Origin: a virus
Taxonomy: Duplodnaviria > Caudoviricetes
Direction: 5' to 3' (one strand)
Length of the DNA stretch: 64,000 nucleotides
Virus record (IMG/VR): IMGVR_UViG_3300027486_000276
Coordinates: 1-64,000 of that record
Shown: positions 20,581 to 30,600 of the stretch, piece after piece
Layout: the number at the start of each line of letters is the position of its first letter
Numbering within the stretch: the first letter of the stretch is position 1
Program-made: the position numbers and the translations under genes
The notes under the pieces: generated by a model
Told to the model about the DNA's origin: nothing
Databases searched by the model: none
What the model saw: only the letters and a program-made list of their open reading frames with translations

Positions 20581-21597
20581 ATGGACATAGAAGCCTTTAA
20601 TAAAAATCTAAAATCCCTTTACTGGGACATAATAAATGGTTCGTCTTTATTTATATTAGATGGTAAAAATTACTATGTTAAGCACATGTCTCCTAAAGAC
20701 GCTGGTACGATAGAAATACAAGAAAATTACTATTATAACAGAGCAAAGTCTCAAGGTATCCAAACAAACGAAGAGAAGATACAAGAATTAATAAAAGAAA
20801 ATCTTTACAGCAAAAAAGATGATCAAAAGATAGAAAATAGCAAATTAACTCTTGCGAATTTAGCAAAAACTCGTCGCAAATTATACTTAACTAGAGACCT
20901 TGATAACATTGATAAACAAATGAAAGAGATCTCTGAAGAGATACGAGTTCTAGAACAAAAGAAAAGCGACTTACTAGAGAATACTTGTGAGACATATTCT
21001 GCCAAGCGAATGAATGAGTTTTACATTTATTACTCAGTATATATTGATGAAAAATGCGAAAAACATGCTTTTACTTTAGAAGAGTTTGAGGATATAGATC
21101 AAGTTGAGTTATTTAATTTAGTTAGTGCGTATTCTAAATGCGCCCAAAAATTCAATAACCATAATATAAAAAGAATAGGAGTTAGCGGATTTTTCCTTAA
21201 TTATTTCTATTTGTCTGAAGATAATCCCTATTTCTTTTATGGTAGACCAATTACACACCTAACATTTTATCAGGTTGAGTTGTTTGGTTATGCTAGATAC
21301 TTCAAAGACTTAATGAGCAAGTCTAGTGTCAAGCATCCTGATGAGTATAATAATGATGTAGATAAGATTATTGATTGGTATGAGTCTAGTAGCAATCTTG
21401 AAAAATTACATGAAGATAAGAACGCTGCTTCAGGTAAAGAAACAGCGGTTCAGGCAGTTTCTGTCATGGGAGCTACCAAGGAAGACCTAAAGAAATTAAA
21501 GCAAGACAATACTGGAGCCATCTCTCTAGATGAAGCCGCAAAGAAAAAAGGCGGCTCATTAAGTTTTGAAGATTTAATCAAATTACACGGCGTTTAA
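20581..21597 (+). CDS. Putative tail assembly chaperone 2
   Basis: Charged, helical protein immediately upstream of the TMP (lambda T position). Confidence 0.5.
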   Translation: MDIEAFNKNLKSLYWDIINGSSLFILDGKNYYVKHMSPKDAGTIEIQENYYYNRAKSQGIQTNEEKIQELIKENLYSKKDDQKIENSKLTLANLAKTRRKLYLTRDLDNIDKQMKEISEEIRVLEQKKSDLLENTCETYSAKRMNEFYIYYSVYIDEKCEKHAFTLEEFEDIDQVELFNLVSAYSKCAQKFNNHNIKRIGVSGFFLNYFYLSEDNPYFFYGRPITHLTFYQVELFGYARYFKDLMSKSSVKHPDEYNNDVDKIIDWYESSSNLEKLHEDKNAASGKETAVQAVSVMGATKEDLKKLKQDNTGAISLDEAAKKKGGSLSFEDLIKLHGV

Positions 21598-21608
21598 GTG
21601 TAATTATT
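21598..21608 (+). promoter_or_regulatory. GTGTAA motif (candidate late promoter)
   Basis: GTGTAATTATT starts right after the stop codon, 28 nt before the TMP ATG. Confidence 0.55.
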
Positions 21609-21625
21609 CTTAGGTTTAAGGATAT

Positions 21626-24600
21626 ATGGCTACATCAGCAGGAAATATTCCCATTTCAGCGACGTTTGCTGCCGCGCAGCTTGAAAAAGATGTGTTGTCG
21701 GCGTTGAATCGTATCCAGAGCAAGAGTAATCTTTCTCTAAATACAAGAAATTTTTCTCAACCACTGGGTAAAATTACTGGTCTTGCTAATGAGTTTAATA
21801 AGTCTTTAGAGGCTTCAAACGCCCGTGTAGTTGCATTCGGAGCTTCTGCTGGTCTTATTTTTGCAGTTCAAAAGTCATTTTCCTCTTTAGTAAATACTAC
21901 TATCGAAGTAGAAAAGTCTCTTACTGATATCAATGTAGTATTAAATACATCTTCTAAGGGCATCAAGCAATTTGGAGATCAGTTATTTAGTGTAGCAAAA
22001 AATACTGGATCGGCTTTTAAAGATGTAGCCAGTGCTGCAACAGAATTTTCAAGACAAGGTTTGGGATTAGAAGAGACATTAAAGAGAACAAGAGATGCTC
22101 TTATCTTAACTCGTCTTTCTGGTCTTGATGTCGTTTCTAGTACTGAGGCTCTTACTGCTGCTGTAAACTCATTTACAAAAGAAGCTCTCACTACAACTGA
22201 TGTAGTAAATAAGTTAGCCGCCGTTGACGCTAAATTCGCAGTTAGTTCTAGAGACTTGTCCGAAGCTATTCAGCGTGTAGGTTCTTCAGCCAGCGAAGCT
22301 GGAGTTAGTTTTGATGAATTGTTAGGTATTGTTACTTCTGTTCAGCAAACAACTGCCCGTGGTGGTGCTGTAATCGGTAACGCTTTAAAGACTATTTTTA
22401 CAAGAATAGAAAGACCTCAAGTTATCAGTGATTTGAAAGACTTTGGTATTGCTGTTACTGATATTTCAGGAAATGCTTTGCCAACGATTAAAGTTATTGA
22501 AAACTTGGCTCAGTCATTTCAAAATTTAAATCCTGTTATTAAATCTCAAGTTGCTGAACTTGTTGGTGGTGTTTATCAAATTAACATTTTAAAAGCGGCA
22601 TTAGCAGACGTATCAAAACAAAATTCTGCATTCGCAGAAGCTACAAGAACTTCCTCTAAGGCAGCAGACGAAGCTATATTAAAGAATAAAGCATTAAACG
22701 AAAGCCTTTCTGCTTTACTTAATGAGACAACTATTAATTTCACAAAATTTGCTACCTCAATTGGAGAAGCAAGCGTTGGACCCGGAATTAGAAAAGTTTT
22801 AGGCTATATTAATTCAAGCTTAGAGTCTTACAATGAAAAAGACGCAGAGGGAGTTGGCGAAAAAATTGCGACTGGCGTATTAAGTGGTGTTACTAATTTT
22901 ATAACTGGTCCCGGTTTAGGTATTGGAGCGTTTGCAATTGGAAAACTATTAGCTAACTTTACTAAATTCGCTGGAGATGCGACTAAAAATCTTTTGGGGC
23001 TAAATACTCTTGGAAGGCAACAAGCTGTTTTACAATCAGAAATTGGTAAAATTCTTTCTGATAATCCTGATCTAATTAAAGACATTATCTCTGGATCTAG
23101 AACTCGCTTGCAAGTAGAACAACAAATAAAGCAAACTCTTATAGAACAAGCTGCTTTATCGGAACAAATTAAAAATTCTTCTATTGATATAGGCGGTAGA
23201 TTTTTAGCTTCAGGCTTAAGAGTTTCTGAAAAGAATACTATTGTTGGAAGAAGAAGCGCAGAAGGATACATTCCAGCAAAACAGCAAGCCGCAGAGATGG
23301 TTGGAGCTATGCAAGGTGGTTATACTCCCGGTAGAGTAGTTGCTGCTCCAAAGTCAATTGGCGGAATAATGAATACTGCCGAAACAGTTAAATATATTCC
23401 CGGTTTCGCTCAACCTTATATTTTACCTCCTCAAGGATCTCGCGCAGCACAAGCTTTGGCTTCAAAGTCAATGGCAAAGAATGGAATTAATCCTTATATG
23501 GCTACAGGATTTGTTCCTAATTTTATTCCTATGCCATTAGAAAATGATGCTTATGGATACGGAGATGATGAATGGCTTCGCAGAGCAAGTGATCGTGCGG
23601 TTCCTCTTGCTAATATTAGACTTGATCCTAAATATCAGGCTGCTTTTGATCCATCTAGACCGAAAGGCGAAAGATTTTATAGAAAAGATGGTGCGCCATT
23701 TACAGCGAATGATTTAAATCACTTTGTAAGAGCAGGAGCGAAATATGGAGAAATAAGAGCAGAAATGCCAGCTTCTATTTTGATGAGCGATAAAAGATAT
23801 GGTAAAAGAAAACCAGATGGTACAATTTTTGGTTTGGATGATATTAGAGCTACTTACGCTCCCGGAAAAAAAATAGAAGCTGAACAAAAGGTTAAAGAAG
23901 GAATAAAACAAGTTTATGATCCTTATATTCCCCCCGCTTCAATGCTTGTCTTTGACGCAATGCAAAAGAGTTCAGAGAGGGATGTCAATGAAGATGATTT
24001 GGAAAAAACAGGAGAGATGTCCACTAAAAGAAAAACTTCTGGAAGAATTTTTAAGATTAAATCTTATGCTCTAAATGCTTCAGCCTTAAATGAAGAAAAA
24101 ACTGGACTAATTCAAAAAACACAAGATTTTTCTCGTAAAATGACTAAAGATCTTGCTAATTACATTAGACCCGGAGAATATTCAGACACTTCTGTTGATA
24201 ATTTTTTTGGAGCAGCAGGTAAAAATTATAATGTATTAGCTGGTACAATATTTGAAGCTTCTACAAATTTAGCTGCTAATTATACAAGAGATAAAGCTAA
24301 TTCTGGAGGAGATTTTGACGTAAGAGGCGGAAATATTGGAAACATAAGACAGCTTTTCCCCGGATTTACAGACCAATATGGAGATTATAAATTAAAAAAT
24401 AATGATGAAGCTATAAGATCATTTATTGATAAAGTCACGAAACAATATGGTCAACAGATAGGAAATCACTTTAAAGAGCAAGAAATTAAAGCAGGTAGCG
24501 TTACTAGTGGATTTAAAACTAGTTCTTTTGGTTTTATTCCTAATTTCGCTCCAAAGCCTTTTAATTTTAGATTTTCAAACCTAGGAGAAAAAACAGCCCA

Positions 24601-27600
24601 AATTTCTCCCAAGTTAAGAGATTGGCTCGCTGACAAATACTTCGACCCCGAAATGGCAAGCACAGGAACTTTGGAAAGACTAGCTTCTTTGAATCGTGAT
24701 TCTGGGGCATTCTTTTCTAGTCTTGAGAATCCAAATGCTGTAGCTGGTATTCCTGTTAGAGGTCAACAAGGTTTTGTTTCTAGACAAAATAGAGGAGCAA
24801 GAGCAGGAGCTTTCTTGAATGCTTTAAGGGCAAGATTGCCAGATTTTATTCCCGGATCTTTGCCAAATTTAGCTTCTGGTTTCATTCCTAATTTCGCTTA
24901 TAGGATAAACAAACCAGTATATAGTAAAACATCTACTAGAGAATTAACAGATCCTGAAACAGGAAGTTATTTAAGATATTATCCCGGAGATTTTTATAAT
25001 AAAGAAACAAAATCTCAAGAAAGATCTTTAAATGTCAGCTATATTAGATCCAAGCGGACAGGTCAAGGCCAAGAGATGTTTGATAGGTTTTCAAAAATGG
25101 CTAGGAGACAAAAACTTAAAGGTTTTTCTGATCTCCTCGTAGAACAAGGTGATAGAGTAGGGAAAATAATTCCTAAAGAAAAATATGGTTATTTAAAGGA
25201 AAAACTAAGCGCAGACGAGATAAAAAATTATTCTATACTTGAAGACACTTCGTTTGAAGATATTGTTAAAATGGCATATCCTCAGTTGGCTTACAGACAA
25301 AGAGGTTTGTCTAAAAACACAAAACTATCACTAAACTATCGCGATTATGCTGGATTTTTAAAATACGAGGACCTTTCTGGTAAAGATATCCTCTCTCAAG
25401 TACAAAATAAATTAAAAGATGTTTACGGGAATAATAAAGATACTTTAATCCAAGAGATTTTACATAAAAATATAGGTATAAACGATTTACAAGATACTTT
25501 CTCTAAAGGATATGTGCCTAATTTTTCTTATGCAGTATCTAAACCGGGATTCAATAGATCCGCTTCGAAGAGACAGATTCATGATAAAAAGACAGGAAGT
25601 TATTTAGAGTATACCCCCGGAGTAGTTGACTCAGAAAAAGTTTTAAAATTTGGTTTTATTAACTCTTATGAGAAAGGGCAAGGTCATGAAATGTTTGATC
25701 GATATGGAAAAATAGCTAGGCGTTCGGGACGTAGGTCTTATTCCAGTATAATTCTCCCACAAACAAATAAAATTGTTCCCAAAGAAAAATATGATCTTTT
25801 AAATGAATACCAAAAGAAAAATCGTCATATTCTTGAAGGTCTCTCTCTTAGAGATGCTCTAAAAATATCTTATCCTCAGTTAATGTATAGAGAAAGAGGG
25901 ACGAGTAAAGAGTCAAGTCTGAGCTTCATGAAAATATCTACTGAAAAAAGTCCATTTGAAAAGGAAACTCTTACTGGAAAAAAAATATTTTCTTCAGTCT
26001 TAGATAAATTAACTGGCATATACGGATCTGATGTACCAGAATTCGTAAAAGATGTCGAAGCGCGTAAGATTTATATAAGTGAGTTATATGATACTTTCTC
26101 TAAAGGTCATGTTCCTAATTTTGCTTATAAATTAAAGAAAAGAAAGCAATATGAAAATGATAAAAAGAATAATTTTAGAACATTAACTGATCCTGAAACA
26201 GGAAGCCATTTGGATTACTATCCCGGAAATTTTGTCAATCCAAATACAGGTAGTTACGAAAAGGGTTTAAAAATCAGCTACATTGAATCTAATCAAAAGG
26301 GTCAAGGTCAAGAGATGTTTGATCGATATTCAAAAACCGCCAAACGACTAGGAGTTAATTCTTACTCTTCTGTTATTGTAGCACAAGGCGACAAATTAAA
26401 GAGAGTCATTCCTCAAAAACAATATGCTCTTTTAAGAGACAAAGATAAAGAAAAGCATTATGTTTTAGAAGAAACTTCAATAGAAGATATAGTTAAAATA
26501 GCTTATCCTCAATTGTCTTATAGACAAAAAGGGTTGTCTAAAAGCACAAATTTAAAATTTTCAAATCGTAACTATGTTGGGCGCATGGAAGAAGAGGAGA
26601 TTTTTGGTAAAAATATTTTATCTTTGGTTCAAGGCAAAATTAAAGATCTTTATAAAAATGATAAACAGTCTTTCATTGATGCCGTTATTGACGGAGATCT
26701 CGCAATAGAGGCTTTAGTTGATACTTTTTCTAAAGGTCATATACCTAATTTTAATGCAGTCCAAGAAGCAATAGGAAGAGAGATGGCCGCTGGATACTCC
26801 TCTTCTCAAGTTAAAGTAGGCCAAAGCAGCAAACTAAAGACAAGCTTCAATCCAATGGGATTAGGAGTTTATAACTCCACAGAAGGTTCTCTTAATGGTG
26901 GAATTGGATTAGCAGAAAAAGCTGGAATAGACCCTAAGACAAAAGGAATGTCTTCAAAAGGACATATCCCTAATTTTGCTGACTTTGGAGGCGCAGATGC
27001 TTTTATATTGATTGCCGCTTTTGGAACTCTTAGTACTGCTTTAAAAGAAGTTTCAGGAAATTTCCAGAATCTAAAAACAACTTCAGATAATTTAAAAAAA
27101 TCATATGAATCTGCTGCTGCTAGTTTTGCAAGCGAAATGGGTAAGGCTAAACAATCACTTAATAGAACTTTATCATCTATTGAAAGCGAAGTAAAGAGTA
27201 CTTTTACTAATATAGATCCAAAGACTTTAAAACAAAAAGGTTCTTCTGTTGCTCCTTTAGTTATGGGGCCTCGCGTTAGAGATGCTCTTGGAACATATAC
27301 TAGTTCTCCTCAAGCCGCATCTTCAGAACAAGTAGCAAGATTGGAAGAGTTAAGAAATCAAACCGTTGAGGCTAGAAAACAAGAAGCTAAAAGAATTAGA
27401 GAAGCTAGGGCGGGATTAAGACAAATGCAGGGACAGATAGCCGAAACAGAAACTCCTTTCTTTTCAAGAGGCAGTTTTTCATCAGGAGGAAAAGCAGATA
27501 GATACGTTAGAGGAATGGGCACTCAAATTGGTTTAATCGGCAGTGTTATTTCAAATGTCGCTGGACAATTCATCTCTCCAGAAAACAAAACAGCAAAAGC

Positions 27601-30600
27601 TGCAATGGCCGGTGTAGGAGAAATTAGTTCTTTTGCTGGTTTAGGAGCGCAATTTGGTGTTCCCGGTATGGTGCTAGGAGGAATTGCGGGACTTGGATCT
27701 GCTCTTTTAAAACTTAAAGATGCTAAAGCTGAAGAAGCTATCGATAAAATCAATAAATCTTTAGGAGAGACAAAAGAAAAATCTTCTGAATTTTCTGGTG
27801 CCGCTCAAAATTACTCTACTTCTTTAGAAGGTTTACAAAACGCTTTAAATGATCCTAAGACGAAACCTGAAGCACTATTAAAGTTTCAAAATAATCTAAC
27901 AGAAGCTTTAAATAGTATTCCTGAAGAGTTCAGAAGTAAAGTATTAGCCGCAGGTTCAGACATAACTAAAGTTAGTGAAGCTATTGGCAATATAAATAAA
28001 GAAATGGCTAATACTCAAAAGAATTTGGAGCGTCAATTAGCTATTACAGAGTTTATTGAAAAGCAATCTTCTATTTTTGGCAGAGCCAGTTTAAAACCAA
28101 AAGATCAAGAGGTATTTAATAGACTATTTACTTCTTCTATTAAATCAGAAGAATTAGTTAAAAAATTTACTGGTAAAAATGCTAAAGAAGATTTTGGCAA
28201 TTTTATTGATTCTTTAAAATCCGAAGCGATTTATGATAAAGATATTATCGGGCCTTATAATTCTCGTTTAGGGACTGAGACGCTTGTAAATAAGGAAAGC
28301 GCAGAAAATATAAAAGCGCAGTTAAGGCAAAAAACAATTATCCCAGAAGAAATAATTAATCAGCTTGATAAAGCTTTCGCTGAACTTGATGGTAAAGCAT
28401 TAGGTTCTTTATTAGACTCTATCAAAAAAGCGGGTATAAGCGTTTTTGATTTTACTGAGAAAACAAAAATTCTTGGAGAAATAGCAGCAGAAAATGCAAA
28501 AAGAATCAAAGAAAATGAAGAATCTCTTAAAGCTTTAAATAATCAGTATAATAATATTAATCTTCAAATTTCTAATCAAATTGATATAGAAAAAAATCGC
28601 GCTCAAACCATTAGAGAAATAAATAAAATTCAAGCAGAAGGCGTGGTTTCAATCCAAAGAGCTAGAGTTAAAGGTCTTTTAGAATCAGCTACTCCATTTA
28701 TTAGTGAGTCTTCAAAATCGGACATCCAAAATCAATTAGATCTAAATGAGATAACTTCTAGACAAAATTCTAAAATTCAAGAAGCTTCTAATAAACTTTT
28801 AGATTCTTTTTCAAATACAATAATTAAAAAATCAGAAGAAGCTAGATCAAAAGTTGTTCCTGCTATTGAAGGAGCCAAATCTGAAAACGCTATTCAACAA
28901 GAAAGATTTGTTTTCCAAAATCAAATTCAAAAACTAACTCCTTTAATTACTCAATCATTAAAAGAAATAACTTCTGGCGGAAACATAGGAGATATTCAAG
29001 CAAATTTAATTAAGAGTATAACAGGATTTTCTAAATTCAAGCCTGAAGAAAGAGATGTCCTTATACAGAGTCTTGAAGTGTCTTTTGCAGAATTTAAAAA
29101 TACTCTTGCTGAAATAAAGGCTCAAGGTGATGTAGATATTCAGATTCAAGAAGCTCAAAGAGAATATCAAAAACAATCACTAGCCTTAAATCAAAGACTT
29201 TCTTTTGCTGGTGGCGCACAAGCTTTAAGTTCAACTGGTAAAACAGGGGTTTCTGATCTTTTTGATAATATTTCTGAGTTAGTTTCTGAATTAAGACAAA
29301 CAAATACTATTGGAAATGCTGCTCAAAAAGGATCTAGTGCTTTTAAATTGCTTGATGTGTTAACAAATCAATTGCAGTTAAATAGAAATATTAATGCTCC
29401 AAATCTACCAAATAATTTTATTGGACCAAATATAAGTGGAGAGATGTTTAATAAACAAGTCTCATCTGATTTAACCCCTTTAGCAGCTACAGCAATTGCT
29501 GGCAGAGTACAACAAATAAGAGATAGTTTAGATTTAGCTCGTAAAGTTACTGAAATACAAATAGGAAAAACAGCTCAAGGAACTGCTTTAGGTACTGCTT
29601 TCGATCAAGCAAAAGAAGGAGCAGTAAGAACTGCTTTAGATCAAATTGCTTCTCAGTTTAAGTTAGAGAATATGGGTAATTATCTTGATGTATTACAACA
29701 AGAAGCTAGATTTTTAAATCAATTAACCCAAGATCAAAATTCTATTTTAGAAAGCACATTACCAAAAAGTATAAATGACAATTTTAATACTGTTATTACC
29801 CGAGAAGTAGGTACAAAATTAACTACATTAACTACATCATTACAAAATGTTATTAATAAATTAGCTACCGATACAAAGAGAACAAATCTTTTAACTGAAA
29901 GATCTAATCTTTTGCCAGTTGCAAGCGTAGGTACTAGAAAAGCTATTTTTGATAGAATAGCTCAATCACAAGATTTAACAGATCTTCCTAAAGGAGTAAA
30001 ATTTATAGATGATAAAGAAAGAATATCCTCTTTAAAAACAGAAATAAAAGATTTAGAAAGCTATTTAGAAAGTTTGAAGACAGTTGGACAAGCGCAGATA
30101 CAGCCAATTACTAAAGAATTGCAGAGATATCAACCACAAACAGATATGGATGAAATTTTATCTGGCTTGCAAAGATATCAAACAGAAGAACAGGCAATGC
30201 AATCTACTATTCAAAGCGCGAAAATTTCTTCTGAAGCAGAAGCTAAATTAACAGAAGCTAAATCTACTCTACAAAAACTTAGTAAATATGAAGGAAGTGA
30301 TCCTAAAAAATTAGAATCACTTTTGGAAAGTTTAAAAAGTGAACTAATTAGATTGAACGAACCTACAAAACAAGATTATTTAAATACTACTTATGAAGGA
30401 CTTGCAAAACAAATTTTTAGAGATTTTAACCAGCAGATGTCTATTGAAGACATAAAATCTTTAAAAGAAAACGCTCGTAAAGAAAGAAATTTAGCGACCG
30501 AAAAGCCTTTGATGGATGTAGATGCTAAAGTAGGTACTGGCTCAGGACAAGGTTCAAAAACTTCGACAGATGGTGGTGTAAAACGAGATATTCCTAGCCA

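Noticed and set aside
20500-20581. Lambda G/T-type programmed frameshift between the two chaperone genes
   Set aside because: A terminator separates them, and the frame of 20581 has a TAA at 20539, so slippage could not join the ORFs.
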